From the IMG/VR virus record IMGVR_UViG_3300030330_006019, positions 1-64,000 of that record: 64,000 nt of DNA; one strand, given 5' to 3'. Origin of the DNA: a virus. Its lineage: Duplodnaviria > Caudoviricetes. Each line of letters begins with the position of its first letter. Position 1 is the stretch's first letter. Made by a program: the position numbers and the translations under genes. The notes under the pieces are model-generated. The model searched no databases, had not been told where the DNA came from, and worked only from the letters and a program-made list of their open reading frames with translations. Shown here piece by piece: positions 35,854 through 45,876 of this stretch.

Positions 35854-36752
35854 ATTCCTAATTCATTACGATAATTTTTTATCCAAGATGGTAAATCACC
35901 AGTTGGATTCCAACCTAAAACATTTCTTGCCTTTGTATTGTCTGCCAAAGTTTCAAATGGCTCAATTCTTTTTTCACCATACTTTACTGGCCTATCAAAC
36001 ATTTTTGCCAATTCATTAACCGAAAAGTTGTCTCCGTTTCCAATATTAAATACATTACCTTCTAACCTATCAGCGTGTAAACCTGCAAGTATATTGGCTT
36101 GGCATACATCACCAACATATGTAAAGTCTCTTCTTTGTTCTCCATCATTTACAATATTTAATTTTTCACCATTTAATGCTTGTTCAGTAAATACTGCAAC
36201 CACAGTTTTGTATGCTCCTTCAAAATTCATTCTTTCACCATATACATTAAAATATCTAAGTGAACATGTATCTAAACCATAAACTTCCGTAAACATTTTA
36301 CAATATTGTTCACCAACAAATTTTTGTAACCCATAAGGTGACAGTGGATTTGTAGGGTCAGTTTCTAGTTGAGGCATTCTTTCTGCATCTCCATAAGCTG
36401 AACTACTTGCACTATATACTACACGTTTTACACCCGCCTTATGTGCAGCAAACAATACATTTAATGTACCTGTAATATTTGCATCATTAAAAGGTAATGG
36501 ATTTTCAATTGATGGTTGTACTCTTGCCAATGCAGCTAAGTGAAAAACAACTTCCACACCTTTCATGGATTCTTCAAGTAATTTAATATCTGAAAACATA
36601 TCACAAAGCACAAACTTTGCTTTTTTATTTATATTTTTTTCATGGCCTGTTGACATATTGTCAATGATTGTTACATCATATCCTCTATCAATTAGTTTAT
36701 CAACTAAATTTGAACCAATGAATCCTGCACCACCCGTTACTAATACTTTCAT
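35850..36752 (-). CDS. NAD-dependent NDP-sugar epimerase/dehydratase
   Basis: TGGAGFIGS, YGLQK (YxxxK), LRYFNVYG, DGEQRRDF. Confidence 0.95.
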   Translation of the reverse strand: MKVLVTGGAGFIGSNLVDKLIDRGYDVTIIDNMSTGHEKNINKKAKFVLCDMFSDIKLLEESMKGVEVVFHLAALARVQPSIENPLPFNDANITGTLNVLFAAHKAGVKRVVYSASSSAYGDAERMPQLETDPTNPLSPYGLQKFVGEQYCKMFTEVYGLDTCSLRYFNVYGERMNFEGAYKTVVAVFTEQALNGEKLNIVNDGEQRRDFTYVGDVCQANILAGLHADRLEGNVFNIGNGDNFSVNELAKMFDRPVKYGEKRIEPFETLADNTKARNVLGWNPTGDLPSWIKNYRNELGI

Positions 36753-37429
36753 ATATTTGCTCCTAATTTTTTATCATACTTCTTTACTTCAGTAGTATTA
36801 TTTGTTCTATTATTTTCATGCATTCTATACTTATACAATGGAACTGGTAAATTGTAAATCTTATATGATTTATTAAATCTACTCAGTAAATCGTGACCTT
36901 CTCTCATCTTAAAGTTTTCATCATAGAAACCTATTTCACATAATGATTCATATGTAAACATTATTCCACAAGCAACAGGTTCTTTTTGAGATGAATGTCT
37001 ACTAAGTACTTCACCTGTTGGTCCAACCTTAAAATAGTCACATGCAACTCCTTGATAAAAAGTATCTTCACCAGATACCTTTGGACTTGCCGATAAATTA
37101 ATATCTAAAAATGTAGATAACATATACAAGAAATCACTTGATACATAATCATCACTATCAACTCTAACAAAATATTTTCCTAATGATGCTGACAATATTT
37201 TATTTAATGATTTAGGCAATCCTAAGTTTTCTTCATTATTGATTAACCTAATATTTATAAAATCCTTAAAGTTATTACAAATATAATCTAATCTTTCACA
37301 AGGGTCATCATTTACTATAACAACTTCAAAATCATCCTTTGGTATTGTTTGGGAAGATAAACTTCGTAAACACCTATGTAACCAATCTTTTTGCTTATAG
37401 CAGCAAATAGCAACTGTTATTTTATACAT
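36749..37429 (-). CDS. GT2 glycosyltransferase
   Basis: EVVIVND, NLGL..SLN, RVDSDD; start moved to MYKITV. Confidence 0.9.
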   Translation of the reverse strand: MYKITVAICCYKQKDWLHRCLRSLSSQTIPKDDFEVVIVNDDPCERLDYICNNFKDFINIRLINNEENLGLPKSLNKILSASLGKYFVRVDSDDYVSSDFLYMLSTFLDINLSASPKVSGEDTFYQGVACDYFKVGPTGEVLSRHSSQKEPVACGIMFTYESLCEIGFYDENFKMREGHDLLSRFNKSYKIYNLPVPLYKYRMHENNRTNNTTEVKKYDKKLGANI

Positions 37430-38727
37430 TTTGTTATCAATCCCTTTCTTTCTAATACTTTTGAACAACTTAAAATTTGAGTAAAACTAAAGTTACTTAA
37501 TTTTGCAATATCAAATAATGTATGATGTCCGTCTGAGTAATTCATTATCCACTTATATGCTTTAATATCATTTTCTAATGTTGTTGCACCAATTTTATTA
37601 TATAAACCTCTCTTTCCAAAATTAGGTTCACATCGTAGATTTGATGATAGATACCTATAATCTTTTTCTAATATAACTATAATTTTTGAATAAATGCTAT
37701 AAATTTCATTTAATTTCTTTTCTGATATAAAATCAATGTTATCATCAGAGTTATGATACTCTGAAAATTCACCAGGTGGTGTTCTCATAAGTGTACCTAT
37801 AGGCATATCAAAACCTGGAGAACTAAATTGTCTTTCATCACTACCTAATGGTGAATAATCTCTAATATATGAATAATCATAATCTTCTAAAACATGCTGT
37901 ACTATGTCATCTATAATTGAACCACTTCTTGTCTTTTTATATGTAACAGGTCCATTATCACCTGCACAAGTAGTAACAAAGCCACCAACATATTTACCTA
38001 AATGTTTTTGATTTTCATGTAACCAACATATTGCACCAATAGTTTCTGGAATAAAAATAAATCTATATGTATAGTAATTTTTTGTTTTTTCTAACTTTTT
38101 AATTAATTTAGTATGTATTGCTGGGCCACTTAAATTATCATTGCACATTGATGGGTGACACAAATATGTACTAAATAATATTTCTTCATTAGACTTTCCT
38201 GGAATTACAACTTCACCATAATTAAGATGTCCTGGCTCCAATGTTGAATCAATGTATGCATGGTATTTACAATCAGATTTTTTTATGTCTTTATATTTAC
38301 CAGCCTTTCCAACAATTCCAGCTTGTGTACTTTCATAATCTGCCATTTGTAGTCCTGAACAGAATCCCCAATCTCTCTTATAATATGAAGTTCTATATGG
38401 TATTCTTTTTGGCATAATTCCAACATAAAGTTTTTTATAAAGTTCTTCCCATGATAAGTGTTTATCAACAGGTTCACTATATCCCATAACATGTAAATTA
38501 CTATTATTAAAATCAATGAGTTTATTTCCAAACGGGTCTTTTACCCATGCATCACGAATATTCCATTCATTTGGAACAACCCAGTCAAATACTTTAGTAC
38601 CTGATGGCACTGAATGTATTTTCATTTTAGTATTAAATTTTGATGAAATAATTTTAAGAGACTTTCTCAAACCTTCACCAGTAATACTTCTACATATTGG
38701 ATATAATTCATTAATTAATTTTTTCAT
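37417..38727 (-). CDS. DUF4910/DUF2172 aminopeptidase-like polysaccharide-modification protein
   Basis: ICRSITGEG, FDWVVPNEW, IPYRTSYY, YLCHPSMCNDNLSG, PETIG, GSDERQF, EYHNSDD, C-terminal wHTH. Confidence 0.88.
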   Translation of the reverse strand: MKKLINELYPICRSITGEGLRKSLKIISSKFNTKMKIHSVPSGTKVFDWVVPNEWNIRDAWVKDPFGNKLIDFNNSNLHVMGYSEPVDKHLSWEELYKKLYVGIMPKRIPYRTSYYKRDWGFCSGLQMADYESTQAGIVGKAGKYKDIKKSDCKYHAYIDSTLEPGHLNYGEVVIPGKSNEEILFSTYLCHPSMCNDNLSGPAIHTKLIKKLEKTKNYYTYRFIFIPETIGAICWLHENQKHLGKYVGGFVTTCAGDNGPVTYKKTRSGSIIDDIVQHVLEDYDYSYIRDYSPLGSDERQFSSPGFDMPIGTLMRTPPGEFSEYHNSDDNIDFISEKKLNEIYSIYSKIIVILEKDYRYLSSNLRCEPNFGKRGLYNKIGATTLENDIKAYKWIMNYSDGHHTLFDIAKLSNFSFTQILSCSKVLERKGLITKCIK

Positions 38728-38729
38728 TA

Positions 38730-39407
38730 CTACTTCTCAAATATTAAATCCATGCTATTTCTCCAAAATGGAAATTTAACATCAACACCAAAAAGCTTTA
38801 AGTAAAACTTTACATGGTCAACTACAGGATTTGAGTATGGAGAATCAATGTATGGGTATCTTTTTTCAACTAACTTAAATCCAAAGTTTTTCATTGCTTG
38901 CTCCAACCAAATATCAGATGGAATGTAATAATTTGTTTCTGGGTAATCAAGAAATGGAAGAGTTTTCCATAACTTAAAATATAAACTATTTGCATTTGGT
39001 GTTGCTAAGAAAACAACTTTTCCACCCTTCTTTAATGATTCATATGCCTTTTTCATATAAAGAAATGGCGTATCTACATGCTGAATAGTACCTCTAAAAA
39101 CTATAGTTGAAAAATAGTTTTTTGAATTAAAAAGATGTTTATTGAATTTTATACCATTCTTTTTTGCAACACTTTTTGCATGGTCTGAAATCTCCATTCC
39201 ATAATATAACTTTTTTCCAAGTCCCATACCTTTCCAAAATTTAATCATTTCACCAGTTGAACATCCAACATCTAAAAATGCATCCGGGTTTCTATCAATA
39301 TGTTTGATTACAAAATTAAACTCTGATTCAAATGATGCCATTCTCTTATCATCATTTCCGTTTCTATTTTTGAAATAATCTTTATTAAATACTGTATTCA
39401 TTTTCAA
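38730..39407 (-). CDS. Class I SAM-dependent methyltransferase
   Basis: FLDVGCSTG, GMEIS, IQHV..P, LKKGG...TPN. Confidence 0.9.
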   Translation of the reverse strand: MKMNTVFNKDYFKNRNGNDDKRMASFESEFNFVIKHIDRNPDAFLDVGCSTGEMIKFWKGMGLGKKLYYGMEISDHAKSVAKKNGIKFNKHLFNSKNYFSTIVFRGTIQHVDTPFLYMKKAYESLKKGGKVVFLATPNANSLYFKLWKTLPFLDYPETNYYIPSDIWLEQAMKNFGFKLVEKRYPYIDSPYSNPVVDHVKFYLKLFGVDVKFPFWRNSMDLIFEK

Positions 39408-40017
39408 TTGTCTTTATTTGCCCAGTCTTTATTAATAGGTCAAGATAATGCTTTTCTTTTTCTGGGTCATGTTCTTTTCCATCAAATACTCTATCACTTT
39501 TTCTATTATCTTCAAAGTAATGCATATTTTCATGAGTAAAGTAACAATCAAATCCATGAATATAAACTTCATCATAATTATCAATTGCCCACTGAATAGT
39601 TAATAGTCCTGTAGTTGCCCAGGGTCCATTAGGTGACATTTCAATATCCAAAATTGAGTTAATTCTTTCTTCAACATTTTTTTTGATTACTACTGATGGT
39701 AATGATTTCTTAAATGCTTGAAAATCTAATTTAAGATTATCCACTATATGTTCATATTTGAAACCTGGAGTTGATATTACTAGTTTGCCAATATTATTAA
39801 TATCTCTTTGTGTTAAATTATATGGGTCATCCATGTATTCATATACCCATTCATCACTTAGTGACCAAGTATCAACACGCTCGCCAATAAATTCTTCAAA
39901 CCCATCTGTCTTAAATCTATTTACTCTTACAACTTCATCAAATTTAGTGTCTATTATTTTACCAAATTTTTGAGTTAATACTCTTGGTGAGTTTCCTATG
40001 ATAAGTATTTTTTGCAT
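39385..40017 (-). CDS. GT29-like (sialyltransferase-like) glycosyltransferase
   Basis: IIGNS......FG..ID..DEVVRVN....GFE..IG (sialylmotif L), TTGL...V.IHGFD (S), HYFE (III), H...E (VS). Confidence 0.75.
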   Translation of the reverse strand: MQKILIIGNSPRVLTQKFGKIIDTKFDEVVRVNRFKTDGFEEFIGERVDTWSLSDEWVYEYMDDPYNLTQRDINNIGKLVISTPGFKYEHIVDNLKLDFQAFKKSLPSVVIKKNVEERINSILDIEMSPNGPWATTGLLTIQWAIDNYDEVYIHGFDCYFTHENMHYFEDNRKSDRVFDGKEHDPEKEKHYLDLLIKTGQIKTIENEYSI

Positions 40018-40898
40018 AACTTTACAATCGACTTTAACGCTTTTGTTTGACTTTCTACAGTTGCACCAGCAACGTGTGGTGTTATAGTTAAATTATCATA
40101 TTGTCCATTTATATTAAATAGTTCAGATTGCTTTAAGTTTTCAATGTTTTGTTCATTACATAAAACATCACAACTATAGAAAATTTTTCCATTTTTAATA
40201 AGTGTACATATATCTTTTTCTTTAACAACTTCTCCTCTAGCAGTATTTACTACAACCACTTTATCTTTTGCTGTTGAAAGAATTCTCTTATCTATCATTC
40301 CTGTAGTCTCATCTGTTAAATAACAGTTTATTGATATTACATCATATTTTGATAAATCCCTTAATGATTCAATATGATTTTTTGATGTGACATCTATATA
40401 TGGGTCATACCAATCAACATTCATTTCAAATGCTTTAGCATACCTCTTTACTTTTCTACCAATTCTTCCTAGACCAATTATCAATATATTTTTACCACTT
40501 AATTCATTTGACCTTAAAAAGTGTTCATTTACAGAATCTCTCCAATCACCAACATATTCAATTGCAAGATTAAACTTTCTAAATGCATTCATTATATGTA
40601 ACCATGTAAATTCTGCTGATGCTGTTATTGATTCTAAACCAATTCTGTCATCTAGTAAACAAAATGTTTTTACATTTCTACTTTCTAAATATTTAGTGTC
40701 AATGTGATTTACTCCAGTTGATGGTGTACCAACAACCTTAAGATTTTCAAATTTACTAAAATAATCTTTACCTAGATATTGTTCAGTACCAGGATTTACT
40801 ATAAGACATTCTGGATTTTGAGATTCTCTTATATTGTTGTCTTTCATAAAATCTTTCAAATATAAAAAATCAGTAGGACAATCTATTCTTACTTTCAT
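39996..40898 (-). CDS. D-2-hydroxyacid dehydrogenase family
   Basis: STGVNHID, GLGRIG, NTARGEVV, ITPHVAGAT.ES. Confidence 0.9.
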   Translation of the reverse strand: MKVRIDCPTDFLYLKDFMKDNNIRESQNPECLIVNPGTEQYLGKDYFSKFENLKVVGTPSTGVNHIDTKYLESRNVKTFCLLDDRIGLESITASAEFTWLHIMNAFRKFNLAIEYVGDWRDSVNEHFLRSNELSGKNILIIGLGRIGRKVKRYAKAFEMNVDWYDPYIDVTSKNHIESLRDLSKYDVISINCYLTDETTGMIDKRILSTAKDKVVVVNTARGEVVKEKDICTLIKNGKIFYSCDVLCNEQNIENLKQSELFNINGQYDNLTITPHVAGATVESQTKALKSIVKLCKKYLS

Positions 40899-41602
40899 TA
40901 TTTATTCCCTAAAATTATTTCTGCAAGTTTTAAGTCATGCATGGTATCAACATTTATTGATGAGTCATCATCCATAACAAAGGCATAACATTTTTTACCA
41001 TGTCTTGAAAAATCATTAACTATACAATCACGAGTCATTGCATATATTGCACCATTTCTTATATAGCATGGTTCTAAATCTTGTCGCCTACTACCTTCAC
41101 CTTCTGGAAACTCTTTACAAAAATCATGTAAAAGTCCGTCAACTATTCTTTTCATTCTAACTGGATGTTTGTCTTGCATTTGGGCAACAGATGTAACACT
41201 ATCATAATCATTTGAAACCAATATATTTACAGCATCAAAAATATGTTGACTATTTCTTAGTGGAGATACGCATGGTAGTTCAACAACCCAATCATATGTT
41301 GTATCATAAATTCTTTCACATTCTAATACAGCATGTTTTAACGCATCTCTTGACCAAACAGTATCTCCAGATAATTCTTCTGGCCTTAAAAACGGTATTT
41401 GTGCACCTGCTTTCTCAGCAACATCTGCAATTTCTTTTGAATCTGTACTTACGATATATGGACTAAATAATTTTGTTTTTAGTGCTGCTTCAATAGTATA
41501 TGATATAAGTGGTTTCCCATTTACTGGGTATATGTTCTTTTTTGGTATGCCTTTTGAACCACCACGTGCTAATGTTACACCTAATATATTTTTGTTATTC
41601 AT
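40898..41602 (-). CDS. neuA: CMP-nonulosonic acid synthetase (acylneuraminate cytidylyltransferase)
   Basis: LARGGSKGIPKKN, VSTD, PFLRP.ELSGD, SPLR, NGAIY, INVDT..D. Confidence 0.9.
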   Translation of the reverse strand: MNNKNILGVTLARGGSKGIPKKNIYPVNGKPLISYTIEAALKTKLFSPYIVSTDSKEIADVAEKAGAQIPFLRPEELSGDTVWSRDALKHAVLECERIYDTTYDWVVELPCVSPLRNSQHIFDAVNILVSNDYDSVTSVAQMQDKHPVRMKRIVDGLLHDFCKEFPEGEGSRRQDLEPCYIRNGAIYAMTRDCIVNDFSRHGKKCYAFVMDDDSSINVDTMHDLKLAEIILGNK

Positions 41603-42395
41603 TGTTAAATCTTCCGTGATAAATATTTCTTACTTCTTCTTCAACAGGTAAATAATCTCTTGCAACATACTGTTGAGCAATTGCTTTATTGTCAATCCAC
41701 GCCTTAAGACTTTTTAATTCAGGTGGTGTAATTGCAAATTGATTATCTCTTCCAGGTAAAGATGTATCTGTTGTAAAATGTTTTTCAATAACATTTATTC
41801 CATACTCCATTGCAAATTTTGCAACATCAGTACCTAAACAATGGTCGCTATAACCAACAGTTGGACATATCCCTTTCAATCCAAAAATTTTATTTAAGTT
41901 TGCATCTTCAATACTACAAGGATAAGATGATACACAATGCATTAAAAATAGTGGTTTATCAATTAAATCAACACTATTACAAACTTCTTTTAATGTTGTT
42001 GCACCTGTTGACATGTAAATAGATTCGAAGTGTTCATTGCAAAATTTAACAAGTTCAATATTTCTACACTCCATACTTGGAATCTTAACTGTCTTAATAC
42101 CTAAATCAACTAAAAGTTGTGCATCTGCAATACTAAATACTGATGACATAAATTCAATTTCAACTTCTTTACAATAAGATATTAACTCTTCATGATTTTC
42201 ACGAGTTAACTCTGCTTTTTTATATATTTCAATTCTTCCGTCCTCATTCCAAGGTCCTGGTTTTAATCTATCAACCGACCATGTTTGAAACTTTGCAAAA
42301 TCTGCACCTGATTCTTTTGCTGCTTTAATCATTTCTTTAGCAAGATTCATATCTCCCATATGATTCCAACCTATTTCAGCGATTATCTTTGTCAT
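41595..42395 (-). CDS. neuB: Nonulosonic (sialic) acid synthase, lacking the C-terminal SAF domain
   Basis: IAEIGWNHMGD, KFQ, KIPS, STG, HCVSSYP, GYSDH, IEKHFT. Confidence 0.9.
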   Translation of the reverse strand: MTKIIAEIGWNHMGDMNLAKEMIKAAKESGADFAKFQTWSVDRLKPGPWNEDGRIEIYKKAELTRENHEELISYCKEVEIEFMSSVFSIADAQLLVDLGIKTVKIPSMECRNIELVKFCNEHFESIYMSTGATTLKEVCNSVDLIDKPLFLMHCVSSYPCSIEDANLNKIFGLKGICPTVGYSDHCLGTDVAKFAMEYGINVIEKHFTTDTSLPGRDNQFAITPPELKSLKAWIDNKAIAQQYVARDYLPVEEEVRNIYHGRFNNE

Positions 42396-42546
42396 CAATT
42401 TTCTCCTGTATTTCTTTAAGTTCTGCTATTAACTTTTTTAGTTCACGCTTATGTCCTTCTAGTGTCCAACCATCTAATCTGTTTGCATGAACAATTTCAA
42501 GTTTAAGAAATTCTATTCTTTCTTGTATTTTATTAATTCTTGACAT
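42376..42546 (-). CDS. Small coiled-coil protein (56 aa, not in ORF track)
   Basis: Manual translation MSRINKIQERIEFLKLEIVHANRLDGWTLEGHKRELKKLIAEL...; fills the gap. Confidence 0.5.
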   Translation of the reverse strand: MSRINKIQERIEFLKLEIVHANRLDGWTLEGHKRELKKLIAELKEIQEKIDDKDNR

Positions 42547-43717
42547 TTATTAACTCTCTTTCATATGTATCTAAAGATTTTATTTCAATATCAAATATGT
42601 CGTATTTCATATGACCAACCTGTCCACTGTCTGATAATATATTTGATAGCATTGTTAAAAAGTTAAATCTTTCTTGTGTACTTAAAGTTAATGCTGAAAA
42701 TTTTACAATGATATCTTCAGACGGTTTGGATGATATATCACTTAATTTTGAATTTAAGTCATATGATGTATTTTTGTCTTCAAGACTAATATATTTACTT
42801 ATAATTTTACTATCACAATATAATTTACTACACCAAGGTTCAATATGATACAATAATTGCACAGATGCATCATTACAATCATCAACCACAAATGCAATGT
42901 TATATTTTTTTGACACTATAGGTTTCATCATTTTATCATGTTGAACACCTGTTCCCCACTTTCTAATAAACTCCCTAGTTGAATTTGCCATCATTCTTTT
43001 CCAATCATTATGTCTATCCTCATCTCCGTCAAAACTACCTGCACCTCTACCTGTTAAATGATAAACAAAACTATTCCAACTCTGAATAAACTTATAACCT
43101 GCTAGATGCATTCTATTAAATACATCACTGTCTTCTCTACATGAATGTAATATTTTATCGTGGCCACCTATTTTTAGAAAATCTGATTTATACATCATCC
43201 AAGGAGCAAATATTCCTTCTGTAGTTTTGTCACCATATTTTTCTTTTGCCAACTTTACATAATTATCAAATTCTTTTGACTTAAAATCTTCAGGCCACAT
43301 ACCAAAATCAACTAATATTTTTTCACCAGCATTTGGATGAATAGGCGGTTCTATTCGTGTAGAACAAACAACATGATTTTCTTTAAGTTTTTTCCAAGCA
43401 ATTAAATCAGCATCTTTAGCTAACATCATATCTGCATGAAATATCATAAATACATCGGTTGTTGATTGCTTAATGCAATAATCATATGCCATTCCAATAC
43501 CGTACAAACTATTTCCTAAATCAGGATTTACATAGTATGATATATTGTAATCATCTTTAATATCCTTTAACCATTCTACTGTTCCATCTTCATCACTATC
43601 AACAAACACAATAATATCATGGTCTTTTCTATAAGCATTCTTTCTAATTGATGGAATACATTCTTTAAGATATCTTAAGTTACTTTTACTTGGTATGCAA
43701 AATGTTATCCTATCCAT
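42533..43717 (-). CDS. GT2-like glycosyltransferase
   Basis: FCIPS, DGTVEWL, FHADM, REDSD..NR, VYH; start moved to MDRITF. Confidence 0.85.
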   Translation of the reverse strand: MDRITFCIPSKSNLRYLKECIPSIRKNAYRKDHDIIVFVDSDEDGTVEWLKDIKDDYNISYYVNPDLGNSLYGIGMAYDYCIKQSTTDVFMIFHADMMLAKDADLIAWKKLKENHVVCSTRIEPPIHPNAGEKILVDFGMWPEDFKSKEFDNYVKLAKEKYGDKTTEGIFAPWMMYKSDFLKIGGHDKILHSCREDSDVFNRMHLAGYKFIQSWNSFVYHLTGRGAGSFDGDEDRHNDWKRMMANSTREFIRKWGTGVQHDKMMKPIVSKKYNIAFVVDDCNDASVQLLYHIEPWCSKLYCDSKIISKYISLEDKNTSYDLNSKLSDISSKPSEDIIVKFSALTLSTQERFNFLTMLSNILSDSGQVGHMKYDIFDIEIKSLDTYERELINVKN

Positions 43718-44910
43718 TTCCAATCTCCTAACCATTCACAATCTTTTACAATTTGTGAAATTCTTTTTACATCATTTTTTGTTATTCCTAAATGTATTGG
43801 CAATGTAATTAATCTTTTTGAATATGAATGTGCATTTGGACATTTTCCATGACTATCACTATACATTGGATAATTTGTGTTATCAATATAATGTACACCT
43901 GGATATATTTCATTGTTATATAATAATTCAATTAGATTGTCACGACACTCAGCTGGTACTAATATCTGAAATAAATGTTTTGATGATGTTGCAACATACA
44001 AATCATCTTTTACAATTTCTATACATCTAGGGTCGTGTCTTCCCCAATCATCAGTTAAATATTCAGTGTACCAATCTGCAATCTGATTTCTATATTTATT
44101 GTCTTCATCTAATCTATCCAACTGAACTAAACCTATTGATGCCATTATAGAATTTCCATGATATTTGAATCCAATGTTTGGTACATCATATTTCCATTTA
44201 TACGAACCTTCAGTACTTCGTGAATATGTATCTTTGTCAATTCCTAACCATGAAAGTTGTCGTACTAACTTATCATCTTCTTCATCCCTAAAGCATATCA
44301 TTCCACTATCTGCCGTTGGTAAATTCTTTACAGCTTGGAAACTAAAAATAGTAACGTCTGCCTCTTTTCCAACATGTTCAGTTGTATAACCAACACCCAT
44401 AAATACATTTTTAATTTTAGTTCCTGACATATGAGCTGCATCTAAAATTAATCTTATATTATGCTTTTCACATATTCTCTTTACTTCTAATAATTCGCCT
44501 GTGTTTCCACCAATACCAACATATAAAACAGCTCGTGTTTTATCAGTAATATTTTCTTCAATTGACTTTGGGTCTAAACACATTGAGCTATCAACATCTG
44601 CAAATACTGGCTTTAATCTTTCGTACATTATTGCATGATTTGTTGATACAAATGTAAGAGGTGTGGTAATTATTTCATCACCATCTTTCCAACCATCTTT
44701 ATTTTTGAAAAGGTTTAGAGCCAAATGAAGTCCTACAGTATTTGACGCAATGAAGTGTGCATGTGGTAAATCAGTATATTCTTTCCACTTATCTTCAAAT
44801 TCAACAGTTTTGAAACCCATACCTGTCCAACCAGAATCCAAACACTCTCGCATTTGTTCTAATATTTTTTTAGTTTCAAATTTTGGCTTAAGTACATTTA
44901 TTTTTTTCAT
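43705..44910 (-). CDS. DegT/DnrJ/EryC1/StrS PLP-dependent sugar aminotransferase
   Basis: TPLTFVST, DAAH, FSFQAVKNL, LPIH. Confidence 0.93.
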   Translation of the reverse strand: MKKINVLKPKFETKKILEQMRECLDSGWTGMGFKTVEFEDKWKEYTDLPHAHFIASNTVGLHLALNLFKNKDGWKDGDEIITTPLTFVSTNHAIMYERLKPVFADVDSSMCLDPKSIEENITDKTRAVLYVGIGGNTGELLEVKRICEKHNIRLILDAAHMSGTKIKNVFMGVGYTTEHVGKEADVTIFSFQAVKNLPTADSGMICFRDEEDDKLVRQLSWLGIDKDTYSRSTEGSYKWKYDVPNIGFKYHGNSIMASIGLVQLDRLDEDNKYRNQIADWYTEYLTDDWGRHDPRCIEIVKDDLYVATSSKHLFQILVPAECRDNLIELLYNNEIYPGVHYIDNTNYPMYSDSHGKCPNAHSYSKRLITLPIHLGITKNDVKRISQIVKDCEWLGDWKWIG

Positions 44911-44945
44911 AATATAATATAACTAATTTTATTGACAATAAAAAA

Positions 44946-45866
44946 TTATTTTGCTATAAAACTTTCATTAATTGGAATTCTAATTGTTCTTCCACCTTCT
45001 TGGGGTAATTCAACCATTCCATTTCCACACTCTGTCATATATGGAGATTTTCTATATGTATCTGACAAATACTTAAATTTATGTGCACCTAAAACTTTTG
45101 TAAACTTATATGCATTAAGATACATTGTAGTATTTCCAAAGCCATTTGTGAGTTGTAACTTCTCTATCACATTAATGTCAGTTGGTACTTTAGTTTTATC
45201 ATATACCATTAAATTGTGTTTATGGGCATCTGGTGAACCTTTTGAAACTGTTCTTAATGCATGGTTTGGAAGTGGAGTATCTACATAGTCAAATCCACCT
45301 ATAGCTGTCATTGATTCATGTGTTAAACAAACAAAACTTCCTCTAACAGATATTGACTGTAAAGGTCCTTGAATTAAATCATGGTTATCTTCCCTAATAT
45401 AGTCAATCCATCTCTTATTTGGGTCAATCCAGTTTTTACTTATTGGAGGAATATCAAGAGGGTTAAAATATAAAGGATAATTTGCACCATTACCAATAAC
45501 TTTTGCACCTGACTCAATTAAATCAATACATTTTTTTACAAATGACCAATCATGTATTAATATATCGTCTTGCATAAAAAATATAATATCATTATCATTA
45601 AAACTTTCCAATTCATTAGATTTTTGAATATGTCTCCACCCTTGGTCATATCCACCCCACTCTAACCCTAAGTTAGGAAATTCTTTCCAATTAAAATTAT
45701 CCTTGACTATACTGGGTGGTGTTTTATGACATGTCCAAAATACATCAACAAAATCATTCTTGTCACTAAATTCTTTTAATTCTTCAATAAAACTAGTTTG
45801 ACCTTTTTTATTATCAAATTCATCAAACCACCAACCACAAACTATAAATCTTAATTTTCTTTCCAT
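44946..45866 (-). CDS. Putative GT-A-fold glycosyltransferase-like protein
   Basis: NLGLEWGGY, FFMQDD, VRGSF; lies in the glycan cluster. Confidence 0.55.
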   Translation of the reverse strand: MERKLRFIVCGWWFDEFDNKKGQTSFIEELKEFSDKNDFVDVFWTCHKTPPSIVKDNFNWKEFPNLGLEWGGYDQGWRHIQKSNELESFNDNDIIFFMQDDILIHDWSFVKKCIDLIESGAKVIGNGANYPLYFNPLDIPPISKNWIDPNKRWIDYIREDNHDLIQGPLQSISVRGSFVCLTHESMTAIGGFDYVDTPLPNHALRTVSKGSPDAHKHNLMVYDKTKVPTDINVIEKLQLTNGFGNTTMYLNAYKFTKVLGAHKFKYLSDTYRKSPYMTECGNGMVELPQEGGRTIRIPINESFIAK

Positions 45867-45876
45867 AATATTTCCT

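Noticed and set aside
2123-38531. Nested minus-strand alternative-frame ORFs (2123-2305, 4034-4249, 13900-14163, 28930-29163, 31477-31698, 38283-38531)
   Set aside because: They overlap stronger genes in another frame and show no motifs or start signals.
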